Below are positions 24,214 to 37,343 of a stretch of 64,000 nucleotides of DNA, one piece after another. The notes beneath the pieces are model-generated. The model searched no databases and was not told the DNA's origin. It worked only from the letters and a program-made list of their open reading frames with translations. This DNA comes from Batkoa obscura (Eukaryota). Every line of letters begins with the position of its first letter. Within the stretch, counting starts at the first letter, position 1. The DNA is taken from positions 310,001 through 374,000 of the forward strand of contig JASVEC010000002.1 in the NCBI GenBank assembly GCA_030770535.1, read 5' to 3'. A program made the position numbers and the translations under genes.

Positions 24214-25807
24214 TTAATCATATCGACGACGTGAACTACGGGAATTATCATTGGCTAAGCTTCGCCTTAAATACAATATTAAACTCAATACAAAAAACAG
24301 GTTATAGTTAGTAACTTACTTATTATTATATTCATCTCTATGTTGACCATGGTTATAACCTTGATTGCGGTTAGGATTTAAATTGTTATGTGAGTTATAT
24401 CTATCATTTGATCCGTTATAACTATGATTACTTTGAACACTTGAATTATAACGATGATTATTGTTTCCCAAGTTTACATCCCCATAACTATTATTTGAAA
24501 CATCTCTTGTACCACTAGTTCCTTGTTGATTCCAGTTGTTAGAAGTTGAATTTCCTATATAAGAACCTCCTGCATTTTGTGAAATACCGTTTAATTGCCC
24601 ATAACTGCTACCTTGGTTTAGGTTATTATTATTATGAACTCGGTTACGCTGCTGATATCCTGAGTTGGATTGGTTTTGGTTGTTATTATTGCTAACATTC
24701 GTACGATTACGTATATTGTTTTGGTTTTGTCCATTGTTATCCTTTTGACGTCCATTAGCTAATTAAATGATTAATAAAAAAGAATAAATGATATACTAAA
24801 ACATACTGTTATTTGATGCTTTAAAAGGATGAGTAGTTACAGCTGTATAATTAGTTGTACAATTACGACCATCGATAGGACTAAATAAACATGTTTCAAC
24901 CTTTGATATAAAATTGAACTTTCAACTTACTAGTTTTCTAATTTTTCTTTAACAATTTTACAAGTCTCTGGATCCTTAAATTGTAAATAAGCCAAGCCTC
25001 TAGATTTTCCATTAACTCTTAACTCTTGAAATGTTAAATTGACTAAAGATCTCTCATCCACAATGGCGCTAACTATTTTGCGTATATCATCTTCAGTAAT
25101 CCACTAATTCAAAATAGTTAATATAAAAAATTTAATTATAAAAATAATCTATAAATAGGTTAGTATATTTAGTTTACCCAATGCAAATTTCCAAGGTGTA
25201 GAGCTGCTGAAACTGAGCCTCTTACAAAAGTATGATTTTGAGGCGATTCTACAAATTTAGTATGAATATTTATTTATTAACTGTTAAATTAAACTACCAT
25301 TATGATGTTGAGAGTGTGATTGATTAGAATTATATGATCTGTTTTGATCGCGATTATAGTCGTTCTGTGAGGTATTACTGGGATAAGAATGCTTTCTATC
25401 ATTAGAAACATTCATCTCTTTCTTGTCATTATATGAAGCATGGGTACTCAAAGGTTGGTCTAAGGTGGATGTAGTGGGCTATAATAAGCCGATAAATGAA
25501 GGGAAAATAAGATGAATAAAATAATATAATTAAAGAAAAATAAAGAAGAATGAAAACAAGAAATTTTAAGCTAGCTGTAAAAAGTTTGTAAAATTAAAAA
25601 ACACAAATCACCTTTGTAGTTTCTTGTATATCTGGCTTTTCCTCTTTCTCATATTTAAAAACTGCTGGCTCATCATAAGTATTATCCTAATATTAATTTA
25701 GTCGTTAATCTTAATCAAATATTTGTATTTAATTTTACTAGATCCTCCAACCCTTCTGCATCAAAACCTACATCATCATATATGTTAAATTCGGTATTAT
25801 CCCCCAT
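24214..25807 (-). CDS. RRM protein, CPSF6/CPSF7 (CFIm68/59)-like; multi-exon, absent from the ORF track
   Basis: Spliced reading: MGDNTEFNIYDDVG..; ALHLGNLHWWITEDDIR..FQELRVNGKSRGLAYLQF (RNP2/RNP1 as in the CPSF6 family); N/R/Y-rich tail ending SRRRYD*. About 8 exons with GT-AG introns. Confidence 0.8.
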
Positions 25808-26322
25808 TGCTAACTAATAAGATCAATGTTATTTATTTTTAATATATCAGTTTTACATAAACTACTCACATCAAATATCGAAGTTTCTCTTATATAACTA
25901 AAATACTTAAAAGCTAGCTCCTTATTTTATGAACTTAGTTAATGTCAATTACGTCATAAATGAAGCGTGATTAAAGGAGTGTAAAAAGTACCAATTAAAG
26001 AGCTTTGTTTTGTTAACTTTAAATAATACTTGTTCAAATTTAATTGTTAGTCAACAATTTTTATTTGACTATTTGACTAAATAGTTTATGTAATCTAAGC
26101 CAAGTTGGAATAACAAGATATAAAAAGCAAATATCAACAAAATATAAATGACCAGAATATTTAAAAATAACACTATTTATTAATAAAACAAATGATAATA
26201 AATCGATGAATATAGACATAACAGGATAAGTAAATATTATTGAGTCAATAAATTATTATTTAATTTTAGTTCTATTAAATAATTACAAAAAAATTGAACA
26301 AGTTACAAAATTAACATTGGTT

Positions 26323-27531
26323 TTAATGACAATTTCCAGGTCGATAATCGCAAGCAAAATGTTGATGATGACTACTTTTAGATTGACCATATTCACAAAC
26401 TTCTAAGTAGTTGAACCAGTTTGAGTCCATAATCTCCTTAAGGCCACTTCTAAAATTAGGGCTAGGTTCAAGCATTTTTACAATAACTTCCCTAGCATCT
26501 TTATTAAGCTTTTCAAATATCTTACATTTTTTACTATCAAACCTTGTGTTAATGTATTCTTTATAACTTCTGTCTTGTTCATCGGCTTTACTAAATGGTA
26601 TTCTTAAATTAATCATCGTTAAATAAGCTATAGCACAAGACCAAACATCGATGAGTCTAGCATCATATCCTTTATCAGAATCTGAAGTTTTAGTAATCAT
26701 TTCAGGGGCCATATAAGGTAATGACCCACGGATACCCATAACTACATCACAAGGGGTATTAAAACCAGAACAAAAAGAAACAGCACAACCAAAATCTGTT
26801 ATTTTTAGTACACAATTTCTATCCATGACTAAGTTTTCTGGTTTAATATCACAATGTGCAATACCAGTTTCATGCAAGTATTTGATCCCATTTAATAGTT
26901 GTTTAAAACAACAATTGGCTTCTGGCTTATTTAAAATACCATTTGATATTATATGGCACATATCACCACCTGAACAATATTCCATAATTTGACACCAATG
27001 AGAATTACTATCTTTTACCAAATCATAAACTTTGACAATATTCTTATGATTTAGAGCTGACGATATACAATATTCATTGCCTACTCTTTGTTCTATGTCT
27101 TTATAAGTTTCTCCCCATCGAGGCTTTGAAAATCGTTTAACAATCATTACTTTTCCGGAATCCCCTTCCTTTAATGAAGTCACTAAACCGATTAATCCAG
27201 TGGATCCTCTAGCTATTATTCTTTTTTTAATTTCATAATTCGATTCTAAAATAGGACCCTCATACATTTCTTTTTCTTCTTTTTTTGGTATAAAAGAAGA
27301 CCATAAACTAGATAAAAAGCCTTTGGTTTTCTTAGTGGTACTTTTAGGACTACTAGTTTCAGTACTTTCTGTACTTACATTAGAATCTAGCTTGTCAGTA
27401 GTTGGCGTAATAGGTGATTTGTTTGAACTTTGTGAATTAACTGATAAGTTGGAACTCGAATTTGAAGGTCTTCGATTATATGCGAGTGGTGGGGGACTTA
27501 AAGTAACATTATTATCATTTTGATTGTACAT
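26323..27531 (-). CDS. Ser/Thr protein kinase, fungal HAL/NPR/HRK-type
   Basis: EYCISSALNHKNIV, MEYCSGGD, CCFKQLLNGIKYLH, HCDIKPEN, DFG, GSLPYMAPE, YDARLIDVWS. Confidence 0.9.
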   Translation of the reverse strand: MYNQNDNNVTLSPPPLAYNRRPSNSSSNLSVNSQSSNKSPITPTTDKLDSNVSTESTETSSPKSTTKKTKGFLSSLWSSFIPKKEEKEMYEGPILESNYEIKKRIIARGSTGLIGLVTSLKEGDSGKVMIVKRFSKPRWGETYKDIEQRVGNEYCISSALNHKNIVKVYDLVKDSNSHWCQIMEYCSGGDMCHIISNGILNKPEANCCFKQLLNGIKYLHETGIAHCDIKPENLVMDRNCVLKITDFGCAVSFCSGFNTPCDVVMGIRGSLPYMAPEMITKTSDSDKGYDARLIDVWSCAIAYLTMINLRIPFSKADEQDRSYKEYINTRFDSKKCKIFEKLNKDAREVIVKMLEPSPNFRSGLKEIMDSNWFNYLEVCEYGQSKSSHHQHFACDYRPGNCH

Positions 27532-28714
27532 GATGGTAAAAATAAGTAGATAAATTTAAGGCAAAGATTAAGTAGAATAAAAGTAAAAAAAGATTATTTA
27601 GATATATTAAAAAATGAGGATTAAATCACTTGTTTTTATTCCTATTAATTTATTTTCAGTTATAATTTAAATTAGATTTTATTTTATATTTTTAGTGACC
27701 AATAAACTGCTTTGGTTCGAAAACTAATTTATTTGAAATTTTATTTTATTTTTATGGCTTTGGAAGTATGCACTTCATTGCCAATAGTGATTGGTTATCA
27801 CTAAATTAAAATTTGTTAATTGATTATAAACTTTTGAAATTCATTAAAAGCCTTAAAGACAGGAACTGTTTATTTTTTTTTAAATTATTGACGTTAATTC
27901 ATGCTTTATAAATGTGCTACTGTAACTGATAATAAGAAAATTCTTACTGTTGTGTTTATTTGGTTTAGTTGTTATCATCAGAAAAAGAAGAACATTCTTA
28001 AAGTTAACATATCGTGAGTTTATATTAAGCTCAAAACAACGATAATATATCGCTATTAACTTAAATATTATAAAGTAAAGCTTGATTAAGACATCAACTC
28101 CATAATGATAAGCCAAAAATAAAAATATAGCGTACTTTATATCATTTTGTTATTTTTCAATTAAATCACGTTATTTTTTCGTTTTATAGTATACATATTT
28201 CTAATATTTAAATCATACTCATATTTAGTTGAAAGGCAATATGATACTTATATCTCAATTTTGCCCTATCTTGACAAAATCAATTTGTTTGTTTTGATAA
28301 AGAAAAGTCTGCCAATTATAGTTAAATATTTGTTATAAATTTCTGGAAATATGCCAATAATTTTAAAAAAGGGGATGCCGATTTTTTTAGTACAACTGTT
28401 CTTTATTTTAAAAAATCCAAAAAGTGGACAATATAACAAAATATAATAACCTTCCCATATCCTAATTTAACAATAAATTACTATATTATTATATTATTAT
28501 AAAACCGCTTTTAATGCTAGTTTGATTAACATTAACATGATTAAAAAAATCCTCTTAATTGTTATCTTTTGCTATTTGACCCTATTTCAAAGTAAGCTAA
28601 CTTCCCTACATAATTATATAACACTAATCTTTATAAAACACTTGAAAAAATTTATTAATATTTTAAGAAACTTGAAAAAGGACTATAACTATACAAATCA
28701 TATATGAAAAATTG

Positions 28715-30147
28715 TTAATCCAGTGAATCAACATCATCATCCACTTGGCCATCTGTTTCCCCCTCTAGTTCATCCTCTGAGCTTTCATCCTCGAAATCCT
28801 CCCCCCTTCTACCTTTATAACAATACTTGACTCCCTCTTCCAAGTCCCCATACTCCACTGCCTTTGGATGGTTTGAGACAAAAGTATTCATTACCTTTGT
28901 TGCATAAGAGCCACAATGTTGGCAAGCATGATAAATAAAATGATACTTAGTTACACTCTTTTTTTCACAATCACAGCATATTATATTACTTCTTTTAGTT
29001 CGAAACTCTAAAGGCATTGGGTTTTCGAGTTCTTTGTCGATTAATTCGAAATATCTCGTCATATCACCGAGTGATTTAGAACAGATCGGACATTGATAAG
29101 ATTCTCTTATTAATTGTTGGAAGCATAAACTGTGGATCATATGTTGGCAGTTCTAGAGAAATATGAAATTAAGCTTAAACCATAAAGGAATTTAATTAAT
29201 ATAAATCACTTACCATAAAAATACTTTCTTTAGTTGATGTAAATAAATATTCCCCACAAACTGGACAATTCGATTTGCTGTTATTTTCAATACATTTATG
29301 ACCATTAAATAATTGTTTGGCCATACACAAATTGCACTTATCACAATGTTGAAAATCAATACCTAACCCTTTTCCCATTCTACAAATACCACAATCATTA
29401 CAATGATAAATATCCTTTGTTTGATCATCATCCCAAAAGTTACATTTATTACAATAATAATAACCAAGAGATTTCTTACATCCAGTACAAGTTTGGGAAC
29501 TTGATTGTTGTAAATGACAATAATTACACATCATCTCAACCACTTGGTGTCTATTGTTTTTCAAATTAAAGAATAAAATTAGTTTTTTTTTATAGCTGAT
29601 ATGTTATATTAAAACTTACCTATCCATGACATGGTTATTAACTTCATCATGGCATAATCGACAAGAATATAATTTATTACAACATGGAGCTAACATCCTT
29701 GCTCCTCTCCTATAATGTTTGCATCCCAATGGATTGGAATAGTCGGACTATAGTAAGAATTCAAAGTTTATTGAAGAAAATTTATTGCTATTAATAAACT
29801 TACATCATCTTCGTCCAGTATATCTTCCCATTCTCCTTCTGAAGTTTGTCTTTTGATAGCTTTATTACCACTCATCAATTTCTAGTTTAATTATATCAAA
29901 ATCAAATTTCATTTTACATTTACAAATCTAAAACAAATAGATATCTTACTTGAACTAACTTTGCTTTTTCTTCATTCTTTATTGATTGATCATTATAAAT
30001 AGCTTGTATTTTTTTACGTAACTCTTGTTGGCTAGGATTCGCTGATATGGATTGATTATTTTTCATTTGATCTCGAAAGGCTTGATATATTTTATACAAG
30101 ATTATTATTGGCGTTAATAGGATGCTAAGGATGATTTCCAAGATCAT
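28715..30147 (-). CDS. RCHY1: CHY zinc finger / RING / zinc-ribbon E3 ligase (Pirh2/RCHY1-like), 5 exons
   Basis: GCKHYRRGARMLAPCCNKLYSCRLCHDE, YYCNKCNFWDDD, CPVCGEYLFTS, CQHMIHSLC, CPICSKS, CCDC..CQHCGSY. Confidence 0.9.
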
Positions 30148-30323
30148 TCAAAAGAAGAGATTGGTGAGCTAGAGTTATGATGAGCTTAATAAAAGCGCTT
30201 TTATTTGCATAATTCCAGGATTTTTTGATTGGAATTTCAGTTTTTTTCAAAAATTAATAGGGTTAGATAACTCATTGAAGTATTTTACTTTTTATTATTT
30301 TGGATTTTATAAAGATATAAAAA

Positions 30324-30802
30324 ATGGAAGCTGAATTAAAGATAACTGTGAATTTTAGGTACTTTTAATATTATTATACCAATTCTTATCATAACTAATC
30401 CCTCTTATTTTATTCATCTTTAATAACTCAGTGGTGGTATGGAATTACTGTTTGATAATCAAACCAAAGTTAGCATCACTACTCCATCAAAAAATTCCCA
30501 AGGTTCTGCTTTTACAATGAAAGATTTGATTCATTTTGTTAAAGATAATTTATTGAAAGAAAGAGAAGAATTATTTGTTATGGATGATACTGTGTAAGCT
30601 ATTATTATCATAATTTATTTATATACATTCTTTTTTAATCTAATCATTTATTTGTATTTTTTATTGATATAATAATTTTTCTAGTCGTCCTGGTATCTTA
30701 GTCCTTATCAACGATTGTGATTGGGAATTAGAAGGTGAAACGGATTATGAAATTCAAGATAAAGATGATATTGTATTTATTTCTACTTTACATGGAGGTT
30801 AA
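30324..30802 (+). CDS. URM1: Ubiquitin-related modifier 1 (3 exons), absent from the ORF track
   Basis: Spliced: [72 protein letters not shown]. Confidence 0.96.
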
Positions 30803-30924
30803 TCATATAGTAATAAAAATAAATAAAAATAGAATAAAATATAACATATACACTAATGAAAATTTAGAATATTTATCACTACAATTTATTTATTTTTTAA
30901 TATATTTTAATATTATTATTTATC

Positions 30925-31920
30925 TTATTCATTTTCCAATTTTAACCAATCGTGAGCTTTTTTCAATGCCAATAAACTTTTTTCTTCTTCTGAATCTTCT
31001 TCAGGTTGATGATCAAATTCCCATCTAGCTGTTAAAGGCAAAGAAACCAATATGTTTTCCGCTCTAATACCTGGCACTTTTAAACCAAAATGAGTACCCC
31101 TATCATAAACTAAATTAAATTCCACATATCTACCACGTCTCAATTGTTGCCATACTTTATTATTCTCATTATATTCCATCTCCTTTCTTCTTTTAACTAT
31201 TGGGAAATAAGCGGGTATAAAAGCATTAGCACTATCTTTAACTAAACTAAAAACGGCCTCTTTTCCACCTTTAAGACCATCTTTATTCAGCTCTTCACCT
31301 GTCAAATCATCAAAAAAAATACCGCCAATACCACGATGTTCTTCTCTATGAGGTAAATAAAAATACTCATCACACCATTTTTTAAATTTAGGATAATGTT
31401 GTTCCCCATGTTTGTCTAATGCATTTTTAATCTCCTTATGAAAATGAATTGCATCTTCTTCAAAATAATAACTCGGTGTTAAATCACTACCTCCACCGAA
31501 CCACCAAACTAATGGCTCTTCACTATCTTTATCAGTTACTTCAAAATAACGATAATTTAAATGAACTGTTGGGGCAAATGGATTCACTGGATGAAATACT
31601 AAAGATAATCCAGTAGCTAAATAGGGATGCTCTCCTTCTGGGATTTTCCACCCACGGGCATTCAATTGTTGTCTTCTGGCTTCCCTGAGTTTATCTTTGA
31701 CAATCGACATGGTCACACCTGCTTTTTCAAAGGTGCTACCATCTTGGAAAACGATGATGCGTCCTCGATGGTCCCCTCGGGTCCATTCGTCTACTTTGGG
31801 AGTGAGAGTGGGTTCGAGAAGTTTAAGTTCGTCCACAATCCGATCTTGTAAATCAGTGAGGAAGGAAATCATACGTTCATGGATTGGTTGGCCATGGTCT
31901 TTAGTTGTTTGGGTTGCCAT
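30925..31920 (-). CDS. HEM13: Oxygen-dependent coproporphyrinogen III oxidase
   Basis: FEKAGV, HPVNPFAPTVHLNYRYF, WWFGGGSDLTP, FKKWCDEYF, RRGRYVEFNLVYDRGT; start taken at the ATG of MATQ. Confidence 0.97.
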   Translation of the reverse strand: MATQTTKDHGQPIHERMISFLTDLQDRIVDELKLLEPTLTPKVDEWTRGDHRGRIIVFQDGSTFEKAGVTMSIVKDKLREARRQQLNARGWKIPEGEHPYLATGLSLVFHPVNPFAPTVHLNYRYFEVTDKDSEEPLVWWFGGGSDLTPSYYFEEDAIHFHKEIKNALDKHGEQHYPKFKKWCDEYFYLPHREEHRGIGGIFFDDLTGEELNKDGLKGGKEAVFSLVKDSANAFIPAYFPIVKRRKEMEYNENNKVWQQLRRGRYVEFNLVYDRGTHFGLKVPGIRAENILVSLPLTARWEFDHQPEEDSEEEKSLLALKKAHDWLKLENE

Positions 31921-32133
31921 TTTTCTTTGTTTTAATAAAAAGATGGCTTTGAAAAATAAAATCAATCAAATAATTTATATCTCAATTGAATGTGGATCGT
32001 TATATTTTATCTTCAATTTTATTGGACTAAGAATCTTTATCACGTCATAAAATTCAATCTTAAGATTTTTTATATTTATTTCAACTCAAAATAATATCAA
32101 ACAACAATATTCAATAAACATCACCAACAAAAG

Positions 32134-35100
32134 ATGCCATCCACACATAGTGAAAAATCTTCTCCAATAACTAAACCACGAAGATTTAAAAGAATGGAAA
32201 CCTTTAACAAAATTACGATTTATGAAACGAAAACTCGACTGTATATCGTTGGCTCCAATTATTATGAAAATTATCGAATATTAAAAATCGACCGAACTAC
32301 TCCTAAAGAACTAAATTTAAGTTTTGATAACGTAGATTATACATCTAAAGAATGTAGTGATTTATTGTTAAGAATTCATTTGGGTAATCAACATATTGGT
32401 GGTTTGACCAGGGTTCTTAATTGTTTTGGGTTGGTTGGTAAGTTTATTTATTTTATAAAAGTTTAAATTTTTATAATTAAAAACTATAATTGACTTTTAA
32501 TTCAAGGGTTTGTTAAATTTACACAAGGCTATTACATATGCTTGATAACAAAAAGAAAAGCCATTGCTTGTATTGGTGGTAGTTATATTTATCATATTGA
32601 AGATACAACAATGTTAGATATTTCAGAGCCATTTAATAAAATTGAAAATAAATCCGAAGAAGAAAGGTAACAAGCAGTAATAATAATTCACTTTTGATTA
32701 AATCATAATCTTTCTTTAGATACATTAATATTTTCTCTAATGTTGATCTCTCAAAAAATTTTTATTTTAGTTATAATTATAATTTAACTCAAAGTTTACA
32801 AAATAACATTAATGATTTAATTAATAATGATTTTAATATAAATACTCGGTTTGTTTGGAACCATCACCTATTAAAAAATGGTTTTGGTAAAAAATGTTTA
32901 TTAAATTCTTCTCCTTGGATATTACCTCTAATTCATGGTTTTCTGGATCAAGCTAGTAATCTATTTATCATATGTTATTTTGTTCATTTTATCCAACCCC
33001 TTAACTTTAATTATAGGGATTTCTATTTTAGGTCGTAGTATTTATATAACTCTCATAGCTCGACGATCACGTTATTTTGCTGGAGCGCGTTTTTTAAAGC
33101 GTGGTAGTAATGAAGAAGGTCAAGTAGCCAATGAAGTAGAAACAGAACAAATTGTAAATGATAGTACTATCACTAGTCTCATTGTAAATAATCAACTCAA
33201 TCCAAACTATACCTCTTATTTACAACACCGTGGTTCCATTCCTTTGTGTTGGGGTCAAGACAACTCAAATATGGCACCTAAACCAAGCATACATATATTA
33301 AAGAGAGATCCTTTTGCAACAATGGCAGCTGGTCATTTTAATGATTTGTTTTTGAGATATGGGAACAAGGTTATTGTGTTAAATTTAATTAAAAGAAAAG
33401 AAAAAACACCAAGGGAAAGTAAATTACTAAAAGAGTTTAATCAAGCTATTAAATATTTGAAATCTTGTGTTGAAGAAAAAAACAAAAATCAATTATATTA
33501 TGTGGAATGGGATATGTCGAGAGCATCTAAAAGGTAATAATACTTTTCTTTATGAAAATTAAATGGAAGATTGATTGTTCAAATTGAATTATTTGTTTAT
33601 TTAGCCCAGATGAAGATGTTATTGAATACTTAGAGAATTTTGCTGAAGATGCTTTACAACAAACCAACTTTTTTCATTCAGGGGCGGAATTATACGCTTG
33701 GAGTAATAATAAAGAGAAAGAGAAAGAGAAAGAGAAAGAGAAAGAGAAAGAGAAAAGAGAAAGAGAAGGAGAAGGAGTACGTTTTTGTTATTATTATTAT
33801 TTATATAATAATATATTCTAATGAAATCATTTTATTTTAACATTAGAAGTAATAATAATCAACAACAATATAAATTTTTATTACAGAATGGTATCGTACG
33901 TACCAATTGTATTGATTGTATTGATCGTACTAATGCAGCTCAGTTTTTAATTGGTATATTGATATAGGCTAATAATAATAATGATAATAATCCATTTATT
34001 TAGGCAAATGTGCTTTATCTCACCAATTACATGCATTAGGAATTATAATGGATACTTATTTACCATTTGACTGTGATGCAGTTGATATGTTAACAGAAAT
34101 GTATCATGATCACGGGGATACTTTGGCATTACAATATGGAGGATCTAATTTAGTTAATACTATGGCAACTTATAGAAATAATAATCGTAATTGGTCATCT
34201 CATTCAAGAGATATTGTCGAAGCTATTAGAAGATTCTATACAAATTCATTTGTGGATGCAGATAAGCAAGATGGTATGAATTTATTTTTAGGTAAATTTA
34301 AAGTGAATGGTAAGAAAGGACCAAAGTTATGGGAACTTCCTACAGATTATTATTTACATAACCCGCCTTCTATGAAATTTAAATACAGAAAGTAAGTACT
34401 TTAGTAATAATAATATAATAATGATAATTTGATTTAATTTAGTTACATTAACTGGTTAAATAATCAAGAAATCGAATATAGAATAACACTACAAATAGCT
34501 ACATTTTTAAAAAAAGATAAAATATTAACAATGAAAATGAATAATTATCCTATATACTGGTTAGAATATTATAAACCCTATCAATTTAGTTCATTTAATA
34601 AATTATTATGTTTTAATTTGAATGGAACGGATATTATTAGAAATAGTCATGAAACTAATAATAATAATGGGAGTGAAATAAGAGACATGCGTTATTCCCC
34701 ATTTATTGTTTACAAAAACAAGCTCAATACTTTAGAGAACTTCAATAATGAAGATAATATAATTGATAGTAGTAATAATAATAGTAATGAACATTTAAAT
34801 AAAGAAAACAATATAGTTCGATTTGGTAAATGGTTTTCTTTATCTAATAGTAACAAAACTGTTAAAGATGGGAAAGGTAGAAGATCTAATATAATATTAA
34901 ATAAAGAGGAAAAAATACTGAGTAATCAAAGGCAGGAATTATTAAGTTTACCAGAATCTGAAATTAAAATGATTGTTGAAAATTTAAATAATGAATTAGA
35001 TGATAAACAATTAGATATTTATAAACAATATTTAAATATAGGAAAAATGAATAATAATAATATAAATAATAATGATAATAGTAACACAAATAATAACGAC

Positions 35101-35358
35101 ATTAGTAACATAAACAATATTATTAATGATGATTTTGAATACTCTTATTATTCCAATATCAGTAAAAACAATGATAACATTGTAATCCCACATCAAGATC
35201 AAGGTTTATATGATTCATTTATTAATTTTAATAAAGAAATTGTATTTGATCGAAACTATGAAGCTTATAATAATTATTTTAAAACGGGAAAATTTAAAAG
35301 TAGTAAATGGATAAATATTAACAATAACTTAACTCCTTATTCAACGATTTCAAAGTAG
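32134..35358 (+). CDS. FIG4: SAC-domain PI(3,5)P2 5-phosphatase, multi-exon
   Basis: [59 protein letters not shown] (CX5R), [22 protein letters not shown]; Asn-rich C-terminus. Possible 1-nt frameshift at ~33755. Confidence 0.93.
33711..33777. repeat. Exonic (AAAGAG)n microsatellite in FIG4 encoding KE repeats
   Basis: Directly visible. Confidence 0.9.
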
Positions 35359-35779
35359 AATTGAGTGAAAGAGAGGATGAATAAGATTTACAATAGAAGT
35401 TGAGACACTCTATTATATTAAAAGGAAATTTAGTAAATAAGGGGCGTTTGGGTGGAGTAAAGTTATCTTACAAAGGTTAAAGTGAGGTTATAGTTCTAAA
35501 TAAGTGAGTTAAGTTTATTTTTTGCTTGTAAATAAATAATGATGCTTAAAAGAGATAAAGCTATTGATCACAGTAATAATTTTTAGATTTAAATTTTTAA
35601 TACAGAAACTTTTTCAATTAACAATTATTTTATCTAAAAACATTACTCTTTTTTTATTGTTACAATTATATACTTTTACCAATATTTTTCATATAAAAAA
35701 ATGAAAATTTAGTTCTGAAATTACTTATTAATTTTTATTAACTATTAACTAGCTTGAGCTTAATTTTATTTTATAATAT

Positions 35780-35878
35780 GGGGGATGTTTTTTTGGCTTC
35801 ATAACTTTTTCTATCTTTTAAACACTATTTGTGTGGAAAAATTGTTAGTAAAATTCTTAACAAAAAAAATACACCGCC
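35780..35878 (+). mobile_element. MITE copy 8
   Basis: Core and termini; ATAT/ATAT flanks. Confidence 0.88.
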
Positions 35879-36222
35879 ATATATTTTATAAAAACAAATG
35901 GAAATTTAGCTTAAATTAATTCCACCTTTTAAATAAAATTTAAAGGAGATGAGGACCCAAGTAATTTTAATTAGAAATAGAAAAACTAAATGTTAGAGGG
36001 ATAAAAATTTAAAAAATGGCTAGCATGCTAGAGGATTAAGTGTACAATTGATGGAAACAGTAAATTTCAAATGGATGACCACCAATCATGGATTTAAAAA
36101 AGCTCCACTTCATTGCTCACAATTTAAATTTATATTAAAACATTCCAATTTAAAGTAAAGTTTAAACAATATTAAGTGGAGTTACAATATTATCAGTTGA
36201 CTATTTTATTTATGTAATATAT

Positions 36223-36319
36223 GGGGGTGTTTTTTGGGTTTATTACTTCTTCTATCTTTTAAACACTATTTGAGTGGAAAGATTGTTGGTAAAATTTTCA
36301 AATACAAAAATACATCCCT
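36223..36319 (+). mobile_element. MITE copy 9
   Basis: Core and termini; ATAT/ATAT flanks. Confidence 0.88.
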
Positions 36320-36677
36320 ATATATTGCTAAATCCTTTATAGTCACAAGGGGACTCTGAGGCAATTATAAAAAAAGAGGGAAAACTATACCTTCTTATGT
36401 GTAATATACCTTAGTTATTTATTACAACATTTTAAATGACTTTGTTAATTAAAATCTATTTATAAAGTATATACTCAATATTGGATTTATTTTGATATTA
36501 ATATTTTAAAACCAATTGTAGATATATTATATAATTACATTAAAGTTTTAGTCATTAGTTTTTACAATTTTTAATTGATTTTTAATTATAATTATAACTA
36601 ATTATAAACTGCTCTTTAAATTACATTTACTTTATTACACTTTTTAACACGATATCTTCAATCTTTCATGACTATAT

Positions 36678-36776
36678 GAAGATGTATTTTTGTGTTTAAC
36701 AATTTTACTAACAATCTTTCCACACAAATAGTGCTTAAAAGATAGAAAAAGTAATGAAGCCAAAAAAAACACTCTC
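36678..36776 (-). mobile_element. MITE copy 10
   Basis: Reverse-oriented core. Confidence 0.85.
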
Positions 36777-36865
36777 ATTTGTTCAATACTTTTCTTGATA
36801 TAACTATGAAAGATTGAAATAAAAAAATCTATTTTCTTGAAAATTTGAGACTGGGTTCTTAATTT

Positions 36866-37003
36866 AACTAGTTTTTTTAAGCGTAAAATTGGGCATTTTT
36901 AACTCGTAATTGCTAAATACAAAAATAGATAAAATTAATACGATTCAACTCAGTAAATGTAAAATCAAAAATGCCCAATTCTATATTTAGTAAAATTTAG
37001 TAA
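36866..37003. repeat. Foldback element unrelated to the main MITE
   Basis: AATTGGGCATTTTT (~36887) and AAAAATGCCCAATT (~36967) are perfect inverted repeats that extend outward imperfectly. Confidence 0.6.
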
Positions 37004-37011
37004 TAATATAT

Positions 37012-37109
37012 GGGGATGTATTTTTGTATTTAAGAATTTTACTGACAGTTTTTCCACATAGATAGCGCTTAAAAAATGGAAAAATAATGAAACTAAAAAA
37101 AACAGCCCC
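37012..37109 (-). mobile_element. MITE copy 11
   Basis: GGGGATGTA...ACAGCCCC; ATAT/ATAT flanks. Confidence 0.9.
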
Positions 37110-37343
37110 ATATAAATAATTTATTAAAATGAAGCAATTAAAATGTTTTAATTAATAACTAAAAAACAATTTGGTTTAATTAATAGTACAATTAATAACA
37201 AATTCTAACTTTTAGTATAAATAAGTTTAAAAACTTGATTAAGTAGAAATAAAAGATTTTAATTTCATTTTGATTATTTTTTATGTAGCATAAATTTAAA
37301 AATATATATTAGTTAAATAATAGACAAAACGTTTTAATGTAAT

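Noticed and set aside
30735..31028. 97-aa ORF
   Set aside because: Out-of-frame overlap of URM1 exon 3 and the HEM13 3' end
33640..33840. ORF with a poly-KR tract
   Set aside because: Wrong-frame reading of the FIG4 exon microsatellite and intron
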